Source: Candidatus Blackburnbacteria bacterium
GTDB lineage: Bacteria > Patescibacteriota > Microgenomatia > UBA8517 > UBA10165
DNA: 64,000 nucleotides
Assembly (NCBI GenBank): GCA_016183565.1
Contig: JACPEJ010000001.1
Span: forward strand, 550,479 to 614,478
Direction: 5' to 3'
Under the pieces are notes generated by a model. That model searched no databases, was not told the origin of the DNA, and was given only the letters and a program-made list of their open reading frames with translations. How positions within the stretch are numbered: position 1 is the stretch's first letter; every line of letters starts with the position of its first letter. This document shows, one piece after another, positions 56,340-64,000 of the stretch. A program made the position numbers and the translations under genes.

Positions 56340-57117
56340 TTCCACCTGGGAGGTGGAATACGTTGACACCTCGGTAAAAGTTTTCTAAACTGGGTTTATA
56401 TATGCCGGGAAGACAGATACCATTAGTAACCGGTCAAATGTATCACGTTTTCAATCGGGGTCTAGATAACCGTTCTACTTTTACTGATAAACGGGAGTAT
56501 GTGCGTGCCGACATGGCAATAAGGTTTTATCGATTCGTCAATCCTCCTCTTAAGCTTTCTAGGTTTTTGGTTTTGCCAAAAGACGACAGGATGAAGCTCT
56601 TGCAGGAGACAGAGGCTCGACGAGAAAAACTTGTAGATATTCTCTGCTATTGTTTTATGCCAAACCATTTCCACTTACTTCTTCGTCAGCTTAGAGATGG
56701 TGGCATTTCGAAGTTTTTAGCTAATTATCAGAACAGTTATACTCGTTATTTTAATACTAAGCACGAAAGGTTAGGTACTTTGTTTCTTGATCAATTTAAG
56801 GCGGTGAGGGTGCAAAACGAGGAACAAATGGTTCATGTTAGCCGATATATTCACCTCAATCCGTATACCTCTTATGTAACAGAGGATTTGTTAAGCTTGC
56901 GTAGTTATAGATGGTCTTCTTTTAGGGAGTACCTGGGAATAGCTTCAGGAAATATTTGCGATACAGAAATAGTTCTGTCGTTTTTTAAAAATGAAGGTGA
57001 GTATGAGAAGTTTGTGTTTGATAATGCCGCTTACCAGAGAGAGCTTGACAGGATTAAGCATCTAGTTTTTGAGTAAAATACCGACGTGCAAAGCTGTTCC
57101 ACCTCCCAGGTGGAAGG
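56340..57117 (+). mobile_element. Second RAYT (IS200-like TnpA) unit flanked by inverted copies of one REP hairpin
   Basis: CDS 56402..57076 (HUH motif PNHFHLLLRQL). The 5' flank ttccacctgggaggtggaa (56340-56358) is the reverse complement of the 3' flank ttccacctcccaggtggaa (57098-57116). Confidence 0.75.
56402..57076 (+). CDS. IS200-like Y1 (HUH) transposase, REP-associated (RAYT), paralog of 14824..15483
   Basis: 224 aa. MPGRQIPLVTGQMYHVFNRG / CFMPNHFHLL mirrors MPGRLTPLITNETYHIFNRG / CLMPNHFHLL in the first copy. Confidence 0.8.
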   Translation: MPGRQIPLVTGQMYHVFNRGLDNRSTFTDKREYVRADMAIRFYRFVNPPLKLSRFLVLPKDDRMKLLQETEARREKLVDILCYCFMPNHFHLLLRQLRDGGISKFLANYQNSYTRYFNTKHERLGTLFLDQFKAVRVQNEEQMVHVSRYIHLNPYTSYVTEDLLSLRSYRWSSFREYLGIASGNICDTEIVLSFFKNEGEYEKFVFDNAAYQRELDRIKHLVFE

Positions 57118-57161
57118 ACGCTAAGTGTTTTTCATACCTCATCATGTAGTACAATCACATT

Positions 57162-57983
57162 ATGGAACCTGATGCACCCAAACCCTCTATGATTTTTGAG
57201 GGTTTGAAGAATACTCATGCTGTTTTATCTCAAATAACAGCCGTCGCCCCGGACACAGCAGAAAGTGGGAAAATCGCTTATCCTTTCGACTTTAAAGTCG
57301 GAGACGGAAACCGCGCAGAGGTAATAATTCACACTCCGCATGGCGACATAAGATTAAATAACTTTCTCCCGGAAAAGATTTTTCTCCAGCACATTGAAGA
57401 TACAAAAAGCCCAGTTGCAGTTAAAAGATGGGGTGTAAATAATAATCTAATCCAAATAAAAATATCTGTGGATATGGAGTGGGTAAAAGACCATCCGTCA
57501 GTAGGGATACCAGCCTTGGCCCACGAACTCGGCCATGCCCTAAGCACAGAAGGTAAAGAAATTCCTGAACTGCCAGAACTTCCTGATAACCCTAAAACTC
57601 CTGCAGACGTGGAGCAAATAGTCGAGTTTGCCTGCAATGCTGTCAGTGACGGACTAGAGGAGGAGATGGAATCGTGGAACTACGGAAAGTCAGTGGCAAC
57701 ACTTTTTGGGATGGACGAATCAGTATATGAAAGCAGAATGGAAGAACAGATGAGATCTTATAAAGAAGAATATTTTCTAAAACTTCAACAAATTCTTAAC
57801 GAATATGTTGGAAAGTACAACAGAAATACCCAAACGCAATTTCAAACTCCTAAATTATTTAAGGTCTATGATGTTGCGACCCAAGAGCGAGTGGATATGA
57901 ATTACGATCAATTAACCAAAATAGTCTCCGAAGCTTCGCAAGAAAAGGCCAACCGAGCCGCAGCCCCTCAACGTACGGTGTAA
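57162..57983 (+). CDS. Hypothetical protein with HExxH motif (putative zinc metallopeptidase)
   Basis: ALAHELGHAL is the only recognisable motif. 273 aa. Confidence 0.35.
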   Translation: MEPDAPKPSMIFEGLKNTHAVLSQITAVAPDTAESGKIAYPFDFKVGDGNRAEVIIHTPHGDIRLNNFLPEKIFLQHIEDTKSPVAVKRWGVNNNLIQIKISVDMEWVKDHPSVGIPALAHELGHALSTEGKEIPELPELPDNPKTPADVEQIVEFACNAVSDGLEEEMESWNYGKSVATLFGMDESVYESRMEEQMRSYKEEYFLKLQQILNEYVGKYNRNTQTQFQTPKLFKVYDVATQERVDMNYDQLTKIVSEASQEKANRAAAPQRTV

Positions 57984-58180
57984 ATATTGTGAGCCTTATG
58001 AAGAAGTTACTGTTGTATTGTGGTGGTTTTTCCTGCACTATTGGGGCCAAGTAAAGCTCTCAACTACTCAACACCAAATGAAGTACTTAACGTATACTTA
58101 AAAAGAGAGGGTGTTCGGATTCAAACTCGAATGTAGGATGCTTCGGATTTGAGGTTGTCTGTGTTAAAATATACTCGTAC

Positions 58181-58254
58181 GCGCCCTTAGCTCAATTGGA
58201 TAGAGTGCGTGGCTTCGGACCATGAGGTTAGAGGTTCGACTCCTCTAGGGCGCG
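58181..58254 (+). tRNA. tRNA-Arg (TCG)
   Basis: GCGCCCTTAGCTCAATTGGATAGAGTGCGTGGCTTCGGACCATG... has anticodon loop CTTCGGA, T-loop TTCGACT and acceptor GCGCCCT/AGGGCGC. Confidence 0.75.
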
Positions 58255-58259
58255 CACAC

Positions 58260-58332
58260 GGGCCGCTAGCTCAATTGGTAGAGCACCGCCCTCTTAAGGC
58301 GGGTGTTCAGGGTTCGAGTCCCTGGCGGCTCA
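58260..58332 (+). tRNA. tRNA-Lys (CTT)
   Basis: GGGCCGCTAGCTCAATTGGTAGAGCACCGCCCTCTTAAGGCGG... has anticodon loop CTCTTAA and T-loop TTCGAGT. It lies 5 nt after tRNA-Arg. Confidence 0.8.
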
Positions 58333-58409
58333 CCGAGTCTGACTCGGCTTTGCCCGAGGAAGACGAGGTAGGCAAGTTTGACTTGCCACTCAAAATTTAT
58401 ATTTTATCG

Positions 58410-58736
58410 ATGATCAAAATCAAGTCAGACTTGATCAAAACGTCAGACGTTTTGTTGAATAATAAATACTACATCTACGTTCTTTTTAGCATAAAAGACC
58501 ACAAGTTTTATGTTGGTTTTAGTACTAATCTTAAAAATCGTTTGAGAGAACACGCCAGCGGATTAGTTGTCTCTACCCGTAATCGAAGACCACTGAAGCT
58601 CATTCATTACGAATACTTTATTGATAAAGCAGATGCTAAAGCAAGAGAAGTTTTTTTGAAAAGCGGGTTTGGAAGAAGCCAGCTTAAGGAAGCATTAAAA
58701 AGAACACTGGTAAAACTCGGCTATAAGAGCTCATAA
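58410..58736 (+). CDS. Stand-alone GIY-YIG nuclease-family protein (YhbQ/UvrC-N-like)
   Basis: KYYIYVLFSIKDHKFYVGFSTNLKNRLREH is a GIY-YIG core. The start is taken at the internal Met because the long ORF 58209.. overlaps two tRNAs. Confidence 0.65.
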   Translation: MIKIKSDLIKTSDVLLNNKYYIYVLFSIKDHKFYVGFSTNLKNRLREHASGLVVSTRNRRPLKLIHYEYFIDKADAKAREVFLKSGFGRSQLKEALKRTLVKLGYKSS

Positions 58737-58741
58737 CCAAG

Positions 58742-58766
58742 AGACCGAGCGGGACTCGAACTGATG
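58742..58766 (-). other. tRNA 3'-end-like fragment (T-loop + acceptor 3' strand)
   Basis: The reverse complement reads CAGTTCGAGTCCCGCTCGGTCTC with no matching 5' half. Possible att remnant at an island boundary. Confidence 0.3.
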
Positions 58767-58785
58767 ATTGGATTGTTGTATCAAC

Positions 58786-58953
58786 CTTCTTTATTTTCCA
58801 AGTCCGGATCGCCCATATCCTCTTCCCAGTTGTCTCCATAAAAGTATTGCATTACTCCGCAACATAACTGATATACAAAAGTTTGTATTCCTTTTAATTC
58901 TTCATCAGATGCATTAGGATAATACTTTCTAATTACATCTAAGGGTAACATCT
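58786..58953 (-). CDS. Small hypothetical protein (55 aa) with strong RBS
   Basis: The reverse complement has GGAGGTGA 6 nt before the ATG. Translation: MLPLDVIRKYYPNASDEELKGIQTFVYQLCCGVMQYFYGDNWEEDMGDPDLENKEG. Not in the supplied ORF track (<60 aa). Confidence 0.3.
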
Positions 58954-59192
58954 AAAATCATCACCTCCCATCCATGACCAGAGTAACTCTATAAGGTAAT
59001 CAAATGATTAGTTGAAACAAAGGAGGTAAAAGACTTCAACAGCTTTTCGAAAAAGCGGGCATTAGGGGTAGGGAATGGTAGCCTGAAGAAAAATGATTGG
59101 TGACAAGTCAAAATGTTTCGTTTTTGGACTGTCTCTCAGTCTTTTTTAGGATCGTCCCTCAAGATATTTTTATGCCAAGGAAAGCATTAGCA

Positions 59193-59726
59193 TCATCTCT
59201 CACCACCAGCCATAGAATCCGTTCTACCGTCATTAAATTTAATATCTATAGTGCTTCTCCCTTTACCGAAGGAAATAAGGCCAATTGATTCTATTCCTGT
59301 TTTTGGCTTCAAAATTGGTTGATCTGATAAAACTTCGGTTAAGATATCTACAAAAGCTGACCAACCATTATCTTCAAATACACTTGTAGGTAAAGAATAT
59401 CTATCAAATAACTCTCTAAGTTCCTTCTTAAGTGCATTCATATTTAAAAAATCAAATATCCCATCGTCCTTGATTGGATGATGAGATGATGCAGGATAAC
59501 ACTCATCAATTTTATCTATTATCTCTTTTATTACTTCATGATTTTCTTTTGTTGTGTGTACTGTCCAATTACAATAAAATCTGGCCAATAGAAAATCTGG
59601 ATTGTTATCTCTATCTAACAATTTCCTAATCTCTACTAGAAGATACACGACATGACATTCCTCTTCAAATATAGGATATTTTGTTAAAAACTTATCTAGT
59701 TTTTCTATAATTTCTTCTCTTGCCAT
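59193..59726 (-). CDS. Hypothetical protein (operon gene 4)
   Basis: 177 aa with a 13-nt gap to the upstream gene. No motif. Confidence 0.4.
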   Translation of the reverse strand: MAREEIIEKLDKFLTKYPIFEEECHVVYLLVEIRKLLDRDNNPDFLLARFYCNWTVHTTKENHEVIKEIIDKIDECYPASSHHPIKDDGIFDFLNMNALKKELRELFDRYSLPTSVFEDNGWSAFVDILTEVLSDQPILKPKTGIESIGLISFGKGRSTIDIKFNDGRTDSMAGGER

Positions 59727-59739
59727 AGATTTTACTTAA

Positions 59740-60447
59740 TTAAACTGTAGAGACTTCGGAATTTATAACTATCTCAACTTCAGTTTCACTTTTAGTAAGT
59801 CTCTTTAAAAAATTAATAACTTCCGCCAAATTCATGGGATCCAATATCAAATTTGTATCTAGCTGAATAGTCAGATATACAATTCTCCGTATAGACTTAT
59901 CCGTCTGTAAATAATTTAGGAGCTGGTCTTTTGCTGACGTTATAGTGTTTGTAATTTTATTCTTTAATGCCTCAGACATTCCAGTTGCTACTTCCTGTAA
60001 GATTAATTCTGAACCTGAAAACATTCGCCTGCTGTTTTCTAGAATATAATTTCTTTCATCATCTGAAAAACCAATAGTTTTAGATTCTAATAAAACCGCT
60101 ACTTTCTGGGATTTACTGCCTTCTATATCTGGTGTTCTAACTGTGGTTTCTGGAATAAATTTTACATCTTCATACCCTTCATCAAGTAGAAAGCAAAATC
60201 CCATTACCTCTGATAAGGTATCAAAAAATTGAGCCCAACCCCTGACTGGATGTTTTTTTAATCTGCTTTGTAGTTTCTGTTTAATGAATTCCCAGTTGTC
60301 TGGATCTAATCTTTGTAAAGACTTTTCATAAGGCTCGAATGCCTGAGGAGCTTGTTTCAATCCCTCAGGAAGACGATTCTGGATATCATCAAGTGAAGTT
60401 GAGGGTGGAAGATTATTACAAAATTCTAGTAAACGCTTAAATTCCAT
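59740..60447 (-). CDS. Hypothetical protein (operon gene 3)
   Basis: 235 aa with a 25-nt gap to the upstream gene. No motif. Confidence 0.4.
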   Translation of the reverse strand: MEFKRLLEFCNNLPPSTSLDDIQNRLPEGLKQAPQAFEPYEKSLQRLDPDNWEFIKQKLQSRLKKHPVRGWAQFFDTLSEVMGFCFLLDEGYEDVKFIPETTVRTPDIEGSKSQKVAVLLESKTIGFSDDERNYILENSRRMFSGSELILQEVATGMSEALKNKITNTITSAKDQLLNYLQTDKSIRRIVYLTIQLDTNLILDPMNLAEVINFLKRLTKSETEVEIVINSEVSTV

Positions 60448-60472
60448 AAAAAACTTTGTCTAAATTATACAA

Positions 60473-61105
60473 TCATTCTTCTTTTTTGATCCAAGGTTCG
60501 GTAAAAGCAACCTGCCAATCATCTGCAACCGGTGTAAGTGAGCTATAACCAGATTGAGTAAGAAGTAATTGGTATTTTATCACGAGTGCTTCTATCTGAT
60601 TCATCGCATCTTTAATTTTTGTATAACTAATATTGGACGGAAACTTGCCAGTATTATCTTTATGTCCAACATTCTTATTTCTGAATTGTTTAATTTCCTT
60701 AGCAGCTCCCTCAAGATTTTTAATATCCTCACTTACTAACTTTGAATCTAAAAAATCTCCTTTGCCAAATTTTTCTTCGAACTCTTCTGATGATAAGACA
60801 TTGGGACCCTGAGATACCCACCAATTTTTGGTAATAAGTTTGTGATTACTTAGTAAATCCTTAAGTAGATTAATCAGGCTAAGTGAGTCGCTATCCGTAT
60901 CAATCTGGTGCCATATCTTTGAAATAATAAAAAATGTGTAGTTTAATTTGTAGTGCTCCCAAAAGGAACCTATATGTTGTTTCACAAAATCATTTTCTTT
61001 GATAATTTTCTCTAACTCATCAGCATGATATTTACTGTAAAGTAAATCTTCAACGTCACCAGTAATTTCCTCTATCTCTTTTTGCCATTTCTGTATCTTG
61101 TCCAT
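60473..61105 (-). CDS. Hypothetical protein with R-x5-H (HEPN-like) motif (operon gene 2)
   Basis: KEIKQFRNKNVGHKD gives R-x5-H in a predicted helical region. 210 aa. Starts 2 nt after the upstream stop. Confidence 0.4.
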   Translation of the reverse strand: MDKIQKWQKEIEEITGDVEDLLYSKYHADELEKIIKENDFVKQHIGSFWEHYKLNYTFFIISKIWHQIDTDSDSLSLINLLKDLLSNHKLITKNWWVSQGPNVLSSEEFEEKFGKGDFLDSKLVSEDIKNLEGAAKEIKQFRNKNVGHKDNTGKFPSNISYTKIKDAMNQIEALVIKYQLLLTQSGYSSLTPVADDWQVAFTEPWIKKEE

Positions 61106-61107
61106 AA

Positions 61108-61677
61108 TTAATTTAATTTCTCTCTTAATATGCGCATCTGTTCATAATCTAAACTGACAATCTGGTCATATCTCTTTTTAAAAAGTCCTCTTAACACTTC
61201 GCTATTATCTAATTCCTTCTCAAAGTCCTTTAATGCCTTCTTCGTGTATTCATAGAAATCTGGTACATTTAGAAAAAGTATTTCTTCACTCTGGCCGAGC
61301 ACTTTTCTTAAAAAATAATTATCCGCAAAATTCATATCGATAGCTGATGCTTTAGGGGACCATTGATGTGCCAAACCGTGTCTAAAAATATAATAAAACT
61401 GTTTTGAAAACTCTTTGTCCTTAAACTTATCGTAGTATTTAGAAAAGTATCTAACAAAGAAATCCGCAACAGTATTAGAGTTAGAGTCTGTCCCTTTAAA
61501 GTAACCTGAGCATAATTCAATTACAGTGAAAATTATTAGACATGAGGTGAAGTTTAAACCGCCCTTAAAACGAGTATCGCCAGACTGTTTTAACTTAGAT
61601 ACCAATAAACAACTATCTAAGTCATCACAGAAAAATTCCCAGATTTGCTGTTTAAATACATCATTATGCAATGCCAT
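61108..61677 (-). CDS. Hypothetical protein with R-x4-H (HEPN-like) motif (operon gene 1)
   Basis: YYIFRHGLAHQWSPK gives R-x4-H. 189 aa. Confidence 0.4.
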   Translation of the reverse strand: MALHNDVFKQQIWEFFCDDLDSCLLVSKLKQSGDTRFKGGLNFTSCLIIFTVIELCSGYFKGTDSNSNTVADFFVRYFSKYYDKFKDKEFSKQFYYIFRHGLAHQWSPKASAIDMNFADNYFLRKVLGQSEEILFLNVPDFYEYTKKALKDFEKELDNSEVLRGLFKKRYDQIVSLDYEQMRILREKLN

Positions 61678-61740
61678 ATTGATTCACTTCTATCGTCTTA
61701 ATTTACTCCGGCATTAGGCCGTAGAGTCTATAAACATAAT

Positions 61741-61938
61741 TTATATCCTTGTGATCAGTTTAATAATATCTTCTCTTCGGTATCGTCTTTCTCCAACTCC
61801 TTTTTTATTCCCCACCCGAATTGCTTTTAATTTTCCACTATTATCCCACCTTCTTAGTGTTGTAGGAACGACTCCTAGTATTTTTGCTACTTGGTTAATA
61901 TTTAAAAGTCTTGGCAATCTTATCATATTTTCTGCCAT
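61741..61938 (-). CDS. Excisionase/AlpA-family helix-turn-helix DNA-binding protein
   Basis: 65 aa. LLNINQVAKILGVVPTTLRRWDNSGKLKAIRVG is a MerR-like/Xis-type HTH. Confidence 0.6.
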   Translation of the reverse strand: MAENMIRLPRLLNINQVAKILGVVPTTLRRWDNSGKLKAIRVGNKKGVGERRYRREDIIKLITRI

Positions 61939-61988
61939 CTTAATTAAAAATAGTTATTGTACTTTATTATACAGAAAAAACCCGTACC
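61939..61988 (-). promoter_or_regulatory. Conserved promoter/operator-like block (copy 2)
   Basis: cttaattaaaaatagttattgtactttattatacagaaaaaacccgtacc vs 43464-43513 cttaattaaaaattgttattgcactttattgtgcaaagaaaacccgcaac. Confidence 0.45.
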
Positions 61989-62131
61989 GAGCTATGTTTA
62001 AAAGGCGATAGACAATAAAGAAAAATGGGTTAAGATTTAATTTTAGGAGTTTTTGAAGCTAATTCTGGTTGTAACCACCATATTAAATCTGGTAAACTAC
62101 TCATTGTAAGGAATTCCTGCGAGAATTCGCG

Positions 62132-62200
62132 CAGTCTGTGCAATATCCCGTGAGGATCACAAGTTAACAATTGTTAAAAATAGATGAAAGAAGTTAACAG
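62132..62200 (+). promoter_or_regulatory. Conserved ~70-bp block with near-palindromic GTTAACAATTGTTAA site upstream of a plus-strand gene (copy 1)
   Basis: cagtctgtgcaa...caagttaacaattgttaaaaatagatgaaagaagttaacag. The second copy is at 63561-63629 (gttaacagttgttaac). Confidence 0.5.
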
Positions 62201-62214
62201 AAAACATTAATATT

Positions 62215-62706
62215 ATGTCAATGATTCAACATTATAAACAGGTAACTCAAAACAAAATACTGGAGATAGATAAAAACACTTCTATCATTCCTAAAATCCT
62301 TCAAGACAATGAAAGCTATCCACAACTTAATATCGACAAATCTTGGGATGGAATTCATTTTCTACTAACTGGAAAAGCTACTGGAGATAAAGTTGATCAA
62401 TCTAATCCTCTAGAGTGGGTTATAGCAGGATGGGGTGAACAGGGACCAGAAGTTGGTTACGGACCTTCTCGTGTTGTAGCACCCAAAGAAGTTACACAAC
62501 TTGCACATATTCTGTCTAAACTCAAAGATGATGATTTTAAAAAAAGATTTGATCCAGTAAAAATGAATGACGTTGGAATTTATCCCGATGGAATTTGGGA
62601 TGAAGAAAATATTTTAGATTGGTTGGTAGACAATTTTCATCAAGTTAAGGATTTTTACATAGATGCAGCTAAAAAGGGTAATGCAGTTTTGATTTGGACT
62701 GATTAA
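62215..62706 (+). CDS. Hypothetical protein (YfbM/DUF1877-like)
   Basis: 163 aa. The WDGIHFLLTG-containing N-terminus is reminiscent of DUF1877. Low confidence. Confidence 0.35.
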   Translation: MSMIQHYKQVTQNKILEIDKNTSIIPKILQDNESYPQLNIDKSWDGIHFLLTGKATGDKVDQSNPLEWVIAGWGEQGPEVGYGPSRVVAPKEVTQLAHILSKLKDDDFKKRFDPVKMNDVGIYPDGIWDEENILDWLVDNFHQVKDFYIDAAKKGNAVLIWTD

Positions 62707-62882
62707 TTTCTGCTATAACTGTTTTTACCGAATGATCCTTGTGCCACCAGAGGCGAGCCTCGCCCTTTAGGCGGGGTGAAAGTATCCTTCGACTCTCTAC
62801 GCTCGCTCAGGACTTAGCCTTACTGTTAGGGAACGAATGTTGACACCAGATTTGGTGATTCATCTAAGCCACAGGGATCGAA

Positions 62883-63149
62883 TTAGACTCTCTGATTTAC
62901 TACGTAATAATCAATGAGCCTTCTAATCATTGCTTGATAGGAAGCTCCATGTTTTTTAGCAGCACTTTTAAAAAACTCTAAGCTTTTTTGAGAAAGTGTT
63001 AAAGTTACCTTTGTCCTCTTTTCTTTAAATATAAGATCATCTGGACTTGGCAAGAAATTTTCTATGACTCTTGCATTAATTGGTTCATCTTTGTACACGA
63101 TTTTTTTCTTCATAGATTTTTTTACCCTTTCTCCAATAGCCCGCACCAA
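62883..63149 (-). CDS. brnA: BrnA-type antitoxin (ribbon-helix-helix-like, type II TA)
   Basis: KVTLTLSQKSLEFFKSAAKKHGASYQAMIRRLIDYYV matches the BrnA C-terminal region. Overlaps the toxin gene. The start is possibly at the internal MKKKIVYKDEP. Confidence 0.65.
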   Translation of the reverse strand: MVRAIGERVKKSMKKKIVYKDEPINARVIENFLPSPDDLIFKEKRTKVTLTLSQKSLEFFKSAAKKHGASYQAMIRRLIDYYVVNQRV

Positions 63150-63372
63150 TTATCCTAATGCGGTTTTTTCTATATGTGAAACGGACAGTTAAAACACCTC
63201 CTTTCACTTTTCCGAAACAGTAGAATCTTTTTTCCTTTTGACTATGCTCTAGATCTTCAGCGATTACCTGACTTGGGTCAGCAAACGCGTATTGTGCTGT
63301 TTCAAAATTGACTCCGTGCTTTCTTAACTTCTCAGTATTTTTATCCTCATCCCACTCAAAACTTGTATTCAT
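63085..63372 (-). CDS. brnT: BrnT-type toxin (DUF497 RNase, type II TA)
   Basis: FEWDEDKNTEKLRKHGVNFETAQYAFADP...RIIGAGYW matches the BrnT/DUF497 signature. Confidence 0.7.
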   Translation of the reverse strand: MNTSFEWDEDKNTEKLRKHGVNFETAQYAFADPSQVIAEDLEHSQKEKRFYCFGKVKGGVLTVRFTYRKNRIRIIGAGYWRKGKKIYEEKNRVQR

Positions 63373-63560
63373 AAATATATTACCATACTGCCATACTTTT
63401 TACCATACACAAAATATGAGTTATTAATCAATATATTCATCATAACAAATCTGCAAAAGTTAAAAGGAGTTGGTGTACTTTATTGTGCATCTCTTAGACC
63501 AAATGTATAAACAAATTCCGAGTTTAGGTCGTCAGACAGGAATAAATCGATAAACTCATT

Positions 63561-63629
63561 CAGTCTGTGCAAGGTAGTAACGGGGTCGCAAGTTAACAGT
63601 TGTTAACAATAGATGAAAGAAATTAATAA
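63561..63629 (+). promoter_or_regulatory. Conserved ~70-bp block with near-palindromic GTTAACAGTTGTTAAC site (copy 2)
   Basis: Aligns with 62132-62200 across cagtctgtgcaa...caagttaaca.ttgttaa.aatagatgaaagaa.ttaa. Lies immediately upstream of the ORF starting at 63640. Confidence 0.5.
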
Positions 63630-63639
63630 AAAATTAGTA

Positions 63640-64000
63640 TGAAAAAAATCTTGATGATTCTTGTTCCCTTACTGTTGTTAGTTGCGGCAGTTTTGATTAG
63701 AACCTCTGTGCTTCAAAGCAATAGCAAGCAAGATTACAATAATGCGCGTAAACAATTTGCAGAACAAGTCAGGCAGTTTAAGGAAAAAGGAGAAATTCAA
63801 GTTGTAAAAATTTCAAAATATAACGGAATAAAAACATACAAGACAGTTTCTTCCAGTGAAAAGATTATTGCTTTGGAAATAGCTATTAAACCTAAAAATG
63901 CAGAACTCGATCTTGATGACCTGCAAATACTCTCAGAAGAGAAAAAAATGTTAGGATATGGATGGCCAGAAATTAATCTCGATGACATCAATAGAGATAA
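63640..64000 (+). CDS. Secreted/anchored hypothetical protein, 3'-partial at window end
   Basis: ATG at 63640 followed by MKKILMILVPLLLLVAAVLIRTSV (signal peptide or anchor). The ORF stays open to the end of the window. Confidence 0.4.

Noticed and set aside
58209-58409. N-terminal 67 codons of ORF 58209..58736
   Set aside because: This part overlaps tRNA-Arg(TCG) and tRNA-Lys(CTT) on the same strand. The conserved GIY-YIG domain begins at the internal Met (58410).
1-64000. CRISPR arrays or rRNA genes
   Set aside because: No regularly spaced direct repeats with unique spacers were seen, and no rRNA-like conserved stretches. The repeats present are palindromic REP-type or long inverted repeats.

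Overview
The window is low-GC and gene-dense, with many tRNAs, small proteins and weak SD sites. It reads like a Patescibacteria/CPR-type genome, but that is inference from style only. The first ~20 kb is a conserved core: a glycolytic block (ppsA, eno, gpmI), rsmI, an NRAMP transporter, and a tight SOS/nucleotide-excision-repair cluster (lexA, uvrB, uvrA, uvrC). An IS200-like REP-associated tyrosine transposase (RAYT) sits between uvrA and a transglutaminase-like gene, and dinB lies ~15 kb further on. Related REP-like hairpins (ccacc-N5-ggtgg, some with a shared 38-nt flank) are scattered across the window; a second RAYT copy is flanked by inverted copies of one hairpin. Eleven tRNAs fall in clusters around 21.0 kb, 24.0 kb, 31.4 kb, 35.1 kb, 39.1 kb, 47.2-47.6 kb and 58.2 kb. 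The tRNA clusters delimit accessory islands:
(a) a GC-rich ~2.5 kb insert carrying a PRTase gene;
(b) a serine-recombinase gene flanked by perfect 104-bp inverted repeats, followed by a second inverted-repeat-flanked cassette of three small membrane proteins (tRNA-Pro to tRNA-Gly), a candidate invertible/phase-variable or mobile module;
(c) a SIR2-like protein with Bro-N/DinD-like genes, one a split pseudogene;
(d) an excisionase-type HTH gene plus a four-gene operon, two members with R-x4-6-H HEPN-like motifs, next to tRNA-Arg/tRNA-Lys, a GIY-YIG gene and a tRNA 3' fragment;
(e) a BrnT/BrnA toxin-antitoxin pair.
A ~270-bp divergent regulatory module with a near-palindromic GTTAACAATTGTTAA site occurs twice in the last 2 kb. 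The remainder is a cell-envelope glycosylation cluster (GT-C/ArnT-like, TMTC-like, GT2, UppP), a GH5-like and a GH18-like hydrolase, a class A PBP truncated before the KTG motif, Cu/Zn SOD and a DRG/Obg-type GTPase. No CRISPR array or rRNA was seen.
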